Below are positions 1 to 13,855 of a stretch of DNA of 64,000 nucleotides, in pieces (position 1 is the first letter of the stretch; each line of letters starts with the position of its first letter). The position numbers and the translations under genes were made by a program. The notes beneath the pieces were generated by a model, which did not search any database, had not been told where the DNA came from, and worked only from the letters and a program-made list of their open reading frames with translations. Origin of the DNA: Octopus sinensis (taxonomy: Eukaryota); the NCBI RefSeq assembly GCF_006345805.1, contig NC_042997.1, positions 80,538,001 through 80,602,000 of the forward strand. Reading direction: 5' to 3'.

Positions 1-1231
1 CCTGTACCAGTGCAGTTTTTCTCTCAAACTACATCTGATTCCCCTTTATACCAAGTATTTCTCTCTCATACTAGATGACATTGCTTTTGACAATCCTGGT
101 ACATATTTGACCTGACTTGTGATCCAATTGCTATCTATTTGAAGGTAGTAACAGAGGTAGCAAAATATTTCAAATATATTGAGCTAACAAGGGAGTCTTT
201 AAGTCAGTGGTTGTCAACCAGGGTCAGTATGACCCTCAGGGGTCTATATAAGATTTTGTTGCTAAAGTTTATGTGCAACAACTTGATTATACTTCTACAA
301 TACACAAAATACTTAATTTTTTTATAACACAATTCCTAATAGTATTTAATTATAAAGATATAATAGGATTTTATTATGCATTGAATGGTTATGAGTTTCT
401 ATCTGAGTAAAATAGGAAATCAAACGGATTCACAGGCAAAAAATGGTTGGAAAAGACTTTGCTAAGCTTCAAGAAATAGCAACCAAATTTCCTTCAAATC
501 TCCCTCTACCCTTAAAAATGGAAAGGATATACAGCACAATGTAATCTCTAATGACTGAAATGTCTTTCATCCTAGGTTAGCATCATCAGGGATGATCTAG
601 GGTTAAACATACCAGTATGGAAAATGGACTTTAAATGATGATGATGATCAGTAGGCAAGATTAAAAGTGATGAATGTGTTTGACACCATAAAGCTGCATG
701 ATGTATTGATTAAATAATTTGGGGTGACTCAACCAGGAGAAAGAAGCAATTTCTGTGTAAGGAAACAGTGGAAACCATCAAATCTTATACTCCTATCAAG
801 CAGTCAAATAAGGAAAAAGGAAGCAGTATTTCCAGAGACAGGCAAATCCTCATGAGAAACTGTTTGAGTGTTAATAAAAACCCCAATAATCCAGCTCCCA
901 AGAAGATATAATATGGAAGAAAGAAAAGCTGTATGGCACAATACTACAATAAAGAAAGATTACAGAAAGAACTCTTGGCTGTTAAAGTCAAATTCAAAAA
1001 AAATTTTCCTCCACTAAACATGCAAAGCTTTAGTACTAAGATGAAAAATTAATCTACTTTAGAGCAAAAATAGCTTCTATCAGGATGATTTGTCTTGAAT
1101 TAGCTACCTATACAAGGAATAATACGAAACATCCACCTCTTGAGCAACAGATCAAACACCCAAATATATTTTACTGACCAGCAGCTTATATAAGTGACAA
1201 CTATGTAAGTGCTGAAGCTGACAAAATTTTG

Positions 1232-1606
1232 TATTCTCTTATTTGTTTCAGTTATTTGACTGTAGCCATGCTAGGGCATGACATTTAGTTAAACAAATTA
1301 ATCCCCAGGACTTATTCTTTCTAAGCCTAGTACTTATTCTATCAGTCTCTTTCGCTGAACTACTAAGTTACAGGAACATAAACACATCAACATCGGTTGT
1401 CAAGCGAGGGAGGGAGGACAAACACAAACATATACATACATATTTGACAGGTTTCTTTCAGTTTCTGTCTACCAAATCCATTAACAAGGTTTTGGTCAGT
1501 CCAAGGCTATAGTAGAAGGCACTTGCCCAAGGTACCACAGAATGGGACTGAACATGGAACCATGTGGTTGGGAAGCAAGCTACTTAACACACAGCTACTC
1601 CTGTGC
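1232..1606 (-). mobile_element. tRNA-derived SINE, abundant octopus-type family (family A)
   Basis: The minus-strand head has degenerate A-box (TAGCTGTGTGT) and B-box (GTTCAGTCC) motifs. The same body recurs at about 2405-2835 (+), 22248-22460 (-) and 42721-43103 (-). Confidence 0.75.
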
Positions 1607-1634
1607 CTACACACACACATATATATCATGTGAT

Positions 1635-1885
1635 TATGTAACTGACCAGGCTATCAGATGTTGTTACACATCACTGGTCACAATGTGTTTTGCAATGCTG
1701 TAGCCTTCAAATGAAGCCTGCTGGCTAAATGAGCAGGCCAACATTTCCTCCTGATCGAAAGAGTGACTAGAGCAACATGAAATGAAGTGTTTTGCTCAAG
1801 AACACAATGTGCCACCCAATCAGAAAATTGAACCCACGATCTAGTGATTGTGAGTGCAACAGCCTAACCACTAGGCCACATGCTT
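1635..1885 (-). mobile_element. tRNA-derived SINE (family B), decayed
   Basis: Minus-strand head reads TGGCCTAGTGGTTAGG...GGTTCAATT (A and B boxes). A related fragment lies at about 21590-21740. Confidence 0.6.
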
Positions 1886-2404
1886 TCACATGTGTGTGTA
1901 TCAGAATGCATTTAAATATACATATAGAGGTGCACATACACAGATATATATTCATGTATTTGCATATACTTGTGTTTACACACATAGGCACACATCCATA
2001 CCCTTACAAATAGATACATTCATTACAGACTAGCTTTTAAATTATATCATATTTCTAAATTAGGTCCAGTTCATCTCATGACAGAATTGAAATGTATGCA
2101 ACATTTCAAACTTCAGTGTATAGATGCTGTTGATATTTACATATTACACAGAGTGTATTAAGTTACCTTTTATTTTGAATTTAAATTCTCTTACAGTTAA
2201 ATTTTACTTTCTATCATTCACAGAGCAAGTACTAGAGGTCTCGTATATCACAAGTTAACATCTACTGAACACCTTAAAATGTGTAGCCTTATGCTCAAGT
2301 CAGAAATATTAACATATCATATACTCTGTATAATTCTCCTATGTCGGACATCTACTTAAACTGATATCAAACACAGAATAATTAGTAGAAAATGTTGTAA
2401 TGGC

Positions 2405-2835
2405 ATGGCATGGCTGCATGATAAAAAGTTCTCTTCTCAACCACACAGTTCCAAGTTCAGTCTCGCTGCATGTCCCCACAGACAAGTGTTGTCTACTATA
2501 ACTTCTGACAGATCAAAGCCTTATGAGTGGATTTGGTAGAAGGAAACTGAAAGAAGCACATTGGGTACGTATATATATGTGTGTGTATATAAATATATAT
2601 AGATATGTGTTTGTATATATATATGTGTGGGGGGGGGGGTTTGCCACACTGCTTGACAATCAATGTTGGTTTGTTTACAACATGCCTTTAATCTAACAGT
2701 CCAGCAAAGCAGACCAATTGAATAAGTATCAAGCTTTAAGAAAAAAAGGAGTAATAGGGATCTGTTCATTTAACTAGAATCCTTCAAGGTGGTGCCTAGT
2801 ATGGCCACAGTCCAATGATTGAAAGACGTAAAAGA
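2405..2835 (+). mobile_element. SINE family A copy with internal TA/TG microsatellite
   Basis: Matches the reverse complement of 1232-1606, e.g. GTGGATTTGGTAGAAGGAAACTGAAAGAAGC and GCTTGACAA. Confidence 0.7.
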
Positions 2836-4376
2836 AAGTAAAAGACATCCAACCAAAAGCAATAAAAAATAAAATAAAATAAAATACATGAATTAGGAAA
2901 TGACAGAGAGACACTGACAACAAGTAAGTGAATGTGGGTGGTGATTTCAAACATATTGCCATTTCAACTAGCAACATGTCCTGATAAAATATTGCAGAAC
3001 CCATGAAGTTACAAAAGCAATTCCAAGAAGAAAACTGAGTAAAATATCTTGTGATTTTAAGTTAGATTTCTTTATGCTTTCTGTTAAAATCTCATTAAGG
3101 CTACTTTGTTTTGACATTATTCCTAGGTCATTAAAATAAAGTACTAGTCAAGTACTGGAGTTGTTAGGAAAATGAAAAATTCAGGTGCAGAATCCTAGAA
3201 TATTCCTAAGTATTGAACCTGGAAAAGTACAGAACGAGCAGTAATTAAGCTTGGAAGAAGAAGAAGAAGAAGAAAACTTAAAATATTTCTGCTGTGGTTC
3301 AAATTTAAAAGCTAAAATAGTAATAAATGCTCTTTTCTTTTTAATTTTGACTTGCAAGTGTAAGTTAAAATATACAAGAAGCTACTTATTTTCAATTTTA
3401 GTGAAAAGTGTAATTGCCTGTAAGTTTACATGTTAAGAATTTGATATTACAAATATATATATTTAAAAAATCACATAATAGCAATTTAAGCAAGATTGAC
3501 AATTACAACCCCTATTTTTTTTTTTTTTTTTTTTTTAAGTTAGAGAATCATTTCTACATCTTGTACTCTATTTATCCATTAACTTTCATTTTTTAAAAAT
3601 ATTTTTTTATCTGTAAATAGAAGATACTTTTGTTATCTGATAATGCAAACTTTAAAGAAATTACTACTGCTTCTTTAAAAAATTTTTCTTTTATTATATT
3701 TTATTCTTCTGAGTTACATATATTCTACACGAGTTTAATTTTATAACTATATCAGTGATTTAAAAATTTTGGATGAGTTTCATTAAGAAAATAGAATTAA
3801 AAAATAAAATAATACTAAAAATACTCAGAAAGGTTTTAGCCTAATACAAAGCAATATTTAAATCAGAAAATATTAACTTAAATTTTAATAAATTGCAATA
3901 AAAAGTAAAAAATATAAAAAACAAAACAGTGCACACACTATCTGATGAACAATTTCAGAAATTTATTAAATAAATTCTAACTCCGGTAGCAATATTTACC
4001 CCATGCATGTAAGCAAAAGTAGGGTATTGTAGTCACTTATCTTTGTGTGTCTGCAAATTTACTGGAAAATGGCAGAATGGATTTTCATCAATTTTTGGCA
4101 GAAATACTCATTGGGTGAGTGGCTTGTATTCATTATTTTGGTTTGATTATCTTCAAAACTGGCGGATGGGTGAAACAAAATGTTTTTTTTTTTCTTTGTC
4201 TACATATGCATAAACGATAAGCAGGGGAAATAACTTTTGATGTCATATGAATTCGTCTGAGAATATATTTATTAATTTGAATTTATTTTATCCTTCTGCT
4301 ATGCATTGCTCCTCTGATGTGTCTTTTTTCTCATTTAAGTTTTGTTTCCTTCTTGTCCAGTACTTTTCCAGGCTTA

Positions 4377-4778
4377 CTGTATGTACTCGACTACAAAACA
4401 ACCTTACCTATAAGACACACCTCCGACTTACAGGGTTCAAATCGAGAATTTTATCACTGACTCAACTATAAGTTGCAGTGACGTTTTTGATGCAGGAAAG
4501 GAAACCTTGATTACGAATCATGCAGACATAGTTGTTCAGTGAGCGAGATTTCAATATGCTGAAGATGACTTACAACAACTATTATCCCATTTAAGTCCAT
4601 GCATTTTAGAAACTGTTGTTTATGATGTAAAATGTTATTCTAAGCGTCAGAACTTCAGACATGGCTTGTACCTAGAAAATTTCTGAGGATTTTTTTATAG
4701 AATGCGGTAAGTCACACCCCCAACTTTAGGTGAAAATTTCAGGGGTAAAAAGTGTGACTTATAGCTGAGTATATATGG
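4377..4778. mobile_element. Tc1/mariner (pogo-like) MITE
   Basis: TA on both sides. Imperfect TIRs: CTGTATGTACTCGACTAC at left and GACTTATAGCTGAGTATATATGG at right. No ORF. Confidence 0.55.
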
Positions 4779-5049
4779 TAATTACTGCTTGCTCGGTAAT
4801 TTTCCAGGTTCAATACTTAATAATCTAGGATTCTGTGCCAGCATTTTTCATTGCAGACAATTTTATTTTCCAGGCAATGCTTCTATTATTATAATTGTAT
4901 TTACCTTTATAATTGAAAAACTGATATGATTGTAAATACTTTTTAAATACAGAGTTATTTAAAATTTTGTCTGCATCTAAAAGTAACAAAAGGTTAATAG
5001 CAGTATAACCATTACAAATAAATATATTTTTATATAATTTTTATTATAA

Positions 5050-5166
5050 AACTAGTAGAAATACCTGGCATTGCTCAGGATTAAAATGGTTCTAGTTTGT
5101 ATACATATGTATCTAACAGCGGTGCATCAGCATGACCGCAGCTCTGAGCTTAAAGTCGAGAGGGAA

Positions 5167-5217
<51 letters not shown>

Positions 5218-5485
5218 ATATATATTACAGTTACATTGAAACAGGTGATAAGGGGAAAGTGCAGCATTGACGACAAAACATTTGTGGAGTAAATGATGGT
5301 CTAATTCGACTAGGCAACATATAATACGTTCATTTGGAGTATTCCATGCTCTGACCTATCATGGAAAATTGGGAGTTAGGGGGTTTGTAATTTTTTTTAA
5401 CCCACCGAAAAGCTGTCAGTACAAATACTCGCCTTTGAGGTGGTCAGTGCTGTATCTAATGTGACCCATCATATGGTTGACGGTC
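5050..5485. mobile_element. Possible Helitron-like non-autonomous element with internal (TA)n
   Basis: Begins ACTAGTAGAAATACCTGGCATTGCTCAGG (CTAG terminus plus a short imperfect hairpin). Family recalled from general resemblance only. Confidence 0.3.
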
Positions 5486-5835
5486 AAATTGATGGAGATG
5501 TATGTAAATGGGTAAATTCTGGAAATGGGCTGCAATGGGAGACAGCAACAGGGAAGTGAACTGTTGAAATGTTGCAGAAGGAGAAGGGTTGACATTGGAT
5601 TGTTAGTGTGACTGTAGAATAAGTAACATAAAGTGAGCCTATGCCGTCACATGAGAATATGTAGTAATGAATTACTTGAAAGAATAAGGCATGTGGTATG
5701 TATATAGTAGGTTTGTATTTTTGTATGCAGTGTAAATTAACAAAATATAAGCAAATGAACAAAATAGGAGCACATGTATGAAACTGCTAATTCAACAACA
5801 AATGCCTCAATAATTAGTACAGAGAGACAAAGAAT

Positions 5836-5867
<32 letters not shown>

Positions 5868-6049
5868 GGATAAATTTCTAAATGTAAGGGTAAATATGTA
5901 ATTGTAAGTACCTTGCAACTGCTGTGATAATTATTAACTAGTGATGGAACAGTAAATGTATATTTTTATCTATACCTTGGACCTTACCACCTCATTTTTT
6001 TTTCAAGAGTTTCATCTGTAGAACATTCAGGCATGTCAACCATCACATA

Positions 6050-6870
6050 TGTACATGTATGTGTAGATGTGTATGTGTGTGTTTAATAACACATAAACTC
6101 ACACACTCACAGATACATACACTCAGACAGATATACACTCATATACAAAATGTGTTGATGTGGTATAAAATGTTCCTGACATACATTCACATAAATATAC
6201 AAAGATAGCCACACAGAGACATACATTTACACATGTCAGTCATTACATATATATATGTGTGTGTAGATGTGTGTGTATGTTTAATAACGTACTTAACATG
6301 GAAACACACACACTATGAGACATATACACACTCATACACTTACACACATACACTCATAGACAGATACAGTAAAATACAAAATGTGATGTCTTTCTCATCA
6401 TGGTATAAAATGTCCTGTTGACAATAGAAAGATTATCTCTGAAATTTTATATTGCTTTAATTGAAATGAAAATAAAATTTCATATTGACACTGACCAGCC
6501 CCCACATACATATACTGTCCTTAATAGCATACCTAATGCCGAAGGACACACACACTGTGAGACATATACACACTCGTACACTCACACACATACATTCACA
6601 GACAGGTACACAGTCATATACAAAATGCGATGTCATTGTCATCATGGTTAACCAGCCCTCACATACATATAGTGTGTTTAATAACATACAGTGGGATGTA
6701 TACATACTCATACACTCACACACGCTGTTGTAGTGGTTAAAAGTAAAAGTATAAAAGTGAAACAGTGTGTTTAATAACATACCTAACATGGAAAGACACA
6801 CACACACTGTAAGACATATACACACTCATACATTCACACACATACACACAGCCATATACAAAATGTGACA
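6050..6870. repeat. Degenerate CA-rich minisatellite
   Basis: Recurring motifs GTGTTTAATAACA, CACACACACTGTGAGACATATACACACTC and ATACAAAATGTG in several imperfect copies. Confidence 0.6.
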
Positions 6871-7137
6871 TCGTCGTCGGCATGATTAGAATTAAAAGTA
6901 AAAGTATAAAAGTGAATCAATATATCACAATACTATATAGATGTTATTCTTTCACTTTTATTCTTTGAGTTTTGACATGTAACATGGAACCAGTGCTAAT
7001 GTTGCATTGTTTTAATCCCCAAAAATTACATGTTGACATTCATGGGGCCTCATGGCATTAGCATGTAAAATTTGATTTGATTGGGTTGGGTTGAGCTGTT
7101 TGAGAATGCATTGGGAACAGATAGAGAGACAAAGGAT

Positions 7138-7190
<53 letters not shown>

Positions 7191-7192
<2 letters not shown>

Positions 7193-7287
7193 GGGCCTGG
7201 CGCAGCCTTCTGGCTTCCCAGACCCCAGTTGAACAATCCAACCCATGCTAGCATGGAAAACGGACGTTAAACGATGATGATGATGAT
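7191..7287 (+). mobile_element. RTE LINE 3' tail fragment inside (TA)n
   Basis: CCAACCCATGCTAGCATGGAAAACGGACGTTAAACGATGATGATGATGA matches the 3' end of the RTE at about 52.2-52.3 kb. (TA)n on both sides. Confidence 0.8.
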
Positions 7288-7308
7288 ATATATATATATA
7301 TATATATA

Positions 7309-7356
<48 letters not shown>

Positions 7357-7579
7357 TATATTTGTATAATGTTATATTCCATTAAAATAATTAATAAGCA
7401 GTTTTTCTCAAAGAGTGTAATTTTACATTTTATTATGTTTTTAATATGTACATATTTTAATATGAAATTAGAATAATGAAAATTAATATGAAATCACAAA
7501 ATCATAACTTTTTTTATGCTTAATATTTTTAGATGGGCTTTTTCTAAAATATTTGTCTCAAATAACACTTTCCCTTTAG

Positions 7580-9250
7580 TTCAAATGATATGATTTTTGT
7601 CTTAGAAAGATAAAAATATTTTGATTTCTTAAAATTATTGCTTTTATTTTTCATCACTTAAAGCCACACAACTTTTTTGTAGCTAATATTTTTTGACAAA
7701 ACTTTTACCATATGATTCTTTTCATAGCGCTTTTTCACTTGAAGTAAACTCAAATGCAGAAGAGCTGTGAAAACAGCTTAGAAGAAATAGAAAATGGGGG
7801 AAAAAGTGGCTAGTAGGTCACTAATGAGAATCAAAGCCCACACCTCTCCAACTCTGCTTAAGCATCCGTACTATTAAGCTAAATGATCCATGACATCAGA
7901 CATTTTATGATGCTAAACATCTTAAAATGACAAACATTTTCATTTTTTAAAAGTATCACTCTTTTTATCATCACTTAATGCCAGACCTTTTTTTCTTTTT
8001 GCAGCGAATAACTTTTGATGAGGTTTTCACCATAATATTTATCTCATAGAGCTCTTTTATTTGAAATCAACTATAGTATAGTTTTCTTCAATATTAGCTG
8101 AGATATTTTGATTCAAAGTCAATTTTTGTGGATTACTTTTTTTTTTTTGTCACTTAATGCTACACTACTTTTTTCCTAGCTGGTATTTTTTAACAAGATT
8201 TTCACCAAAAGATTCTTCTCAATGAACACATTCTTTTAAACTCAGTTAATCTATACTTTCCTTTTAAAATAACTGAGATATTTTGATTCAAAATCAATTT
8301 TTCGCCATAATCTCCCATTTTCAGTCTCACATATTTTGACCTAATCTTTTTTTAATGTGCTAAGTTTCAATTATTTCATCTCAAAATGTAGCAAAAGTCT
8401 GAACCATCATTGCTAAAAAAAATTGCATTCAATTTGGTTGAGAACTGAATTAGTGATGAAGCCTCAAAGAGCTTACATGTGACTAAAATTTGACCCTAAG
8501 AATAACTTTCAAGTGCTATGTGTGTTGGTATTCTACAGAAAATAAAGGAAACTTCAAACTCTGTAGAACACTGAAAACAGCTTAGATTGGTTAAATAGCC
8601 TTAGAAAATGAGAGGGGGTGGGAGTAGCTAGCAAGCCGCTACAGAGAGTCGAACACAGTACCTCACCATCTCTTAGACACCATCTTTTATAACACTAAAA
8701 ATCTTAAAATAAAATCATTTCGTTAAAATTATCACCCCATTTCATCACTTAAAGCTACACTACTTTCTTTCTAGCTAATATTTTTTATGAGGTTTTCAGC
8801 ATAAGGTTCATTTCACAGGGCTCTTTCATATGAACAACTATTATATAATTTCTTTAACCAAAGCTGCCTTGATTTAAATTTGATTTGGGGAATGGGATTT
8901 TCATCATTTAAAGCCACACTACTGTTTTCATAGCAAGAGATTTCACCAAAAGATTGTTCTCAATGAGAACATTCTTTTAAACCCAATTAATCTACTCTTT
9001 TCTTTTAAAATAACTGAAACATTTTATTCAAAATCAATATTTTGCTTACTCTCCATTTTTGACCTCATATTTTTTGATCTAACTTTTTCTTTTATTTTTT
9101 GAATGAACCAAATTTCAATTGTCTGATCTCAAAATGTAGCCTAGGACTGGACCATTATTGCTTAAAAAAGAACACATTTAATTTGTTTGAGAATTGAATT
9201 AATAAGTGAAGCCGAGAAGTGCTTGTGGGCAACTAAAAGTTAACCTCAAA
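7580..9250. repeat. Old local tandem duplication, period about 0.75-0.8 kb, with an internal recurring motif
   Basis: About 8150-8480 aligns with about 8905-9240, and about 7740-7870 with about 8540-8690. A CATCACTTAAAGCCACAC-like motif recurs five times. Confidence 0.55.
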
Positions 9251-9377
9251 AATATATTCACCCACTGCTGTGGGTGAATGATAACTGACAAACTTTGTAC
9301 CCTCAAAACTGATAGCTTTGTGTCTAAATTAGAAACATTTATTACTATTATTATTATTATTATTATTATTATATTAT

Positions 9378-9915
9378 TCTGCCAAGGTCATCGTTTCAGG
9401 GTCAATAAATTAAGCATCAGTTATGCACTGGGGTCAATATAATTGACTTAATCCCTTCCCCCAAATTTGAGGCCTTGTGCTTCCAGTAGAAAAAAAATTA
9501 TTATTATTATTATTATTATTATTATAATTATCATTATCATCATCATCAACAACATTATTGAGATGGCAAGCTAGCAGAATCATTAGTGCACTTATTTACC
9601 TTTCATCTTTTTAGGGGTTGATAAAATAAGTACCAGTTGAGCATAGGAGTTGATGTAATTGACTTACCCCATCCCCTAGAATTTCAAGCCTTGTGCTTAT
9701 AGTGGAAAGTGAGGTTGCCAAATCGCTACCATGCTGGACAAAATGCTTAGCAGCATTTTTTCTGGTTTTATGTTCTGAGTTCAAATTCTGATGAGGTCAT
9801 CTTTGCCTTTCTTCCCTTTGAGGTTGATGAAATAAGTACCACTCAAGCACTGGGACTAATATAATCAACTTTGTCCTCCCCTCAAAATTGCTGGTCTTGT
9901 GACAAAATTGGAAAA
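9378..9915 (+). mobile_element. Three adjacent SINE fragments with a Nin-like core
   Basis: Repeated GGGGTCGATAAAATAAGTACCAGTT-like core and GGCCTTGTGC-like 3' end, separated by (TTA)n/(CAT)n. A reverse fragment lies near 61290-61400. The Nin name rests on recalled resemblance. Confidence 0.55.
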
Positions 9916-10425
9916 GATTATTATAACTGTCGTTGTTGTTAAATCACCAGAGGAGTGACAAATACTGTGAAAAAAACTGATCATGTATCAGGAATCCAAG
10001 GTTATAACCGTTTTAATTCCTATTCGAAGTCTTTTAATTCATGTCATGATGCTAATGTAATTGAGAAAAGGTCACACAAACTCGTGCTACTCCTCTACAA
10101 ATCTCTGCCTGGCATTTTGCCGATGCAATAATTTTTCAAAAATTATCATAAGTGTATGAACCAATATATTTTTATTTTTGCCAATAAAATAATCTAACAG
10201 GCCAAATACAAGAGTGAAACATTATTGCTTTATATTTATTCTTCTAACAACACGGATTACAATTTACTTTTCATTGAGATCAAATTGAATTCTATTCAAT
10301 ATTTTCATAGCAGAATAGAAATATGCTTTCATGCAGCAATTATGATTGCAGCTGGTCATACTTTCTAGTCTTGACTAATCAAATATAAAGGAGAGGAAGA
10401 ACTAATTTCTAGCAAGGCAAGTTAA

Positions 10426-10648
10426 CCCTTTAGCATTTAAACCAGCCATATCCAGCTAAAATATTCCACTTGTTTTACCTTTAAACTGACCAGATCTGAC
10501 CTATCACACTTACCCTACAATGTTATTCTAAAATAATAAACAATCACATCATTGAAATCCCAAAGCTATGAGATAATGCATGTCTAATTCAAAACAACGT
10601 GAATGAATAAACATTACATTTGACAGAGAAATCCGATTGCTAAAAGGC
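10426..10648 (+). mobile_element. TTAA-target (piggyBac-type) MITE
   Basis: TTAA|CCCTTTAGCA ... TGCTAAAAGGC|TTAA. Homologous copies at about 20594-20808 and 28311-28522. Confidence 0.75.
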
Positions 10649-10797
10649 TTAAGTCCTTTGCTGGGAAGAATAACAGAATAGCTGATGAGGCAACAAGTAA
10701 ACCTCATAGTCCTAACCCTATCAAAATAGCAGCCAAAGAATTTCTTAGAAAATTACTATTTTTAAAATCTCACAATATGAGATATTCAGCAACAGTA

Positions 10798-11055
10798 CTT
10801 TGTAGTAAAGATTGTTTGCCAACATAACATGGCAGTCCTGGTTTAGGACTAATGTTGCTGTAATTTAGCACCAGGAGGCATCATCTCCAGTTGGCTATAT
10901 GACATGATCTGTGTCCTTACATTTTCAAACAAGGGAATCTATCTAGATTCCCTTATAGCCAACTGGAGACGATACCTCCTGGGGCTAAATTACAGCAACA
11001 TTAGTCCTAAACTAAGACTTCCATGTTATGTTGGCAAACAATCTTTATTACAAAG
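10798..11055. repeat. Fold-back (MITE-like) inverted repeat
   Basis: Arms of about 100 bp (10798-10899 and 10954-11055) are reverse complements. The spacer contains the hairpin AAGGGAATCTA-TC-TAGATTCCCTT. Confidence 0.8.
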
Positions 11056-12443
11056 AATTTCTTGTTTTAAAAAAGGACATACTGGATAGTATGTCATCAG
11101 TTTTATGACCACTTTTCTAAGCTTGCATAGGTCAGATAGAACTTTGTTGGTGTATTACTGTCAGGTGCCTTTCCTACTGCCACCCCTCACTTGCATCCAA
11201 GTAAAGTAATATTTCCTTGGCTTCAGGAAGGGTGTCCACTTGAAGAAACCATGTCAAATCAGACTGGAACCTGGTGCAGCTCTCCATGTTGCCAGCTCTG
11301 ATCCAACCATCCAACCCATAACTGCATGTAAAACGAATGTTAAATGATGAACTGGACATGCTTTCAAGGAAGATTTGGAATGAAGGAAATTGCTTGCATG
11401 ATGGTGACATCCATTTACAACAATCACACAATGTCAAGGCAAGGACACACACATGTGTGCATACAAGCTTTTTTCAATTTCTGTCTAGTAGATCCACTCA
11501 CAAGGACTTTGTCAACTCAAGACTATAACAGAAGATGCTTGCAGTGGAATATAACATGAAACCATGTGGTTGAGAAGCAAACTGCTTCCCACACAGCTAT
11601 TTCTTGTGCCTACATTAAAAAAAAAAACCGAAGAAGTGTAATGGTCACCTCTGATCATAGGTATACTCAATCAGGATTGACATAGGAGTTAAACCACAGT
11701 AGAGTAGTTGTGGTAATGTTTATATTCATGGCCACATGGTTAATAATAGAGCAGTTTAACTTCCAAGCTATTTTTGCTACATATAGCAACCATGTCCTTT
11801 TCTCCATTCTTATATAATTTGTTTCCCCTCACTACAAAGCAGTTTTGATAAGCGAATATACCTTACAACATATTATAATGTTGTTCTATTCAAAGACATG
11901 TTTGCTGTCATTCTTAGCTAAAAGATTTATCTCTAAAGAGTGAACTGAATGTAAAAACTAAGTAGAAAGAAAAGGAACAACTCAATCTATTCATTGCAAC
12001 AGATTCAAAAATAATGTTTGGCAAGTGATAACTTTGTTTTAGGGATTTTTGGTTAACCTAATGCTATAACACCAATTTCTACAGAAGCTATTTGTAAACT
12101 ATTTTATAATGTACTGACTCTTTTTCTAAGGGAACACAAATGAAAGATATCATACAAAATATATTCTATAACTACCTATGCTTAAGAAGAGGTAAGGATA
12201 TTTTGCTTCAGCTGGCATTTGATGAAAAAAAAAATTATAAAATAAATTAAGATTACGGCTTATAGGCATCTATCGTTTATATTGTTATCTTTATTTATAA
12301 TAAAGTTACTTAATCCTTTTTAATGAAATACCTTAGAAACAGAATATGAACAGTAATTAACTCTTGGAACAAATAAAATATGTGATTAACTGACAAGTGA
12401 TTCTGAAGTTACAATATCTCTATGTTCAATATAATGTGTTAAT

Positions 12444-12835
12444 TTTATTTTATGGAAGCACTCCGTCGCTTACGACGACGAGGGTTCCGGTTGATCCAAT
12501 CAACGGAACAGCCTGCTCGTGAAATTAACGTGTAAGTGGCTGAGCACTCCACAGACACGTGTACCCTTAACGTAGTTCTCGGGGATATTCAGCGTGATAC
12601 AGAGAGTGACAAGGCCGGCCCTTTGAAATACAGGTACAACAGAAACAGGAAGTAAGAGTGAGAGAAAGTTGTGGTGAAAGAGTACAGCAGGGATCACCAC
12701 CATCCCCTGCCGGAGATCGTGGAGCTTTAGGTGTTTCCGCTCAATAAACACTCACAACGCCCGGTCTGGGAATCGAAACCGCGATCCTACGACCGCGAGT
12801 CCGCTGCCCTAACCACTGGGCCATTGCGCCTCCAC
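12444..12835 (-). mobile_element. Young tRNA-derived SINE with 11-bp TSD
   Basis: A box TGGCCCAGTGG, B box GGTTTCGATTCC, CpG-rich body. TSD AATGTGTTAAT at 12433-12443 and 12836-12846. Confidence 0.9.
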
Positions 12836-13654
12836 AATGTGTTAATACTGATTACTAATTCACTAAGCTCAAAATTTGTGTGCAGTGAGAGGTGGAATAA
12901 AATATACAAGTTGTACTTAGTTGAACATATATTTTTTTATTATTAACAATAATACTTTTTACAATAAAAACTGGAAAACAAAAACAGTGTGTATGTGTTG
13001 TTGGAGAGCATGTGTGTGTGCACACATACATATATCAATTATTAAGCATAAGTGATAGGAGGGAAGACCCAAAGTGAGGTATAAATTGATAAAGATTTTT
13101 CAACATTAAACATACAACTATTCTAAGTAGAGATTGTAAATCAAATTTTAGTATCATTCAAATAATGAACACCACATGGCAGTATTACTTCAGTTGATGA
13201 TATCATATCAGACTGTAGAATACATAATAGAATGACAGGCAGTTATTTACAGTATATATATCCATATAGGATATAAGTGGAAAAATGAGTTTGAAGTATA
13301 AAGTTAGAATTAAAAGAGAGGGGAAATAAATGAGATAATGGATGAACGAGTTTGAAGAAATAGTGAAATGAAGCAAAGCTATGAAGGCAGGCAGTAATAT
13401 TAATTTGATAACTACTGATCTTTCAGCCATGTCAACAAAGTTGAATAGTGTCGACAGTGAAGGGATACAACAGGAAACACTTCTTCCATTGATAGATTTT
13501 CTATTTGAAATGAGGAAGGAAGAGGAGACAGTTATAATGATACATTAAAAATCACAACTTAATCATGCATGGTTGAATAAATGGAAATAAGAGGAATGAT
13601 GGAGAGAAAACAGACAGCAATAACCAAAATATCAGGATAACATTATTTCTCTCT

Positions 13655-13687
13655 CTCTCTATCTATCTATCTATACATATATATATA

Positions 13688-13745
<58 letters not shown>

Positions 13746-13786
13746 ATCAGTGAAGTATGTGAGAGAGTGCATATGTATGTGTGTGT

Positions 13787-13835
<49 letters not shown>

Positions 13836-13855
13836 TAGATAGATAGATAGATAAA
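13655..13855. repeat. Compound microsatellite (CT/CTAT/TA/TG/GATA)
   Basis: Directly visible. Other long (TA)n or (CA)n tracts lie near 5170, 7145, 16770, 22640-24135, 31500, 38180, 56120 and 57640. Confidence 0.95.

Noticed and set aside
12770-12835. tRNA gene
   Set aside because: Only A/B boxes and a partial cloverleaf, continuing into a SINE body with TSDs. The same applies to the other SINE heads.
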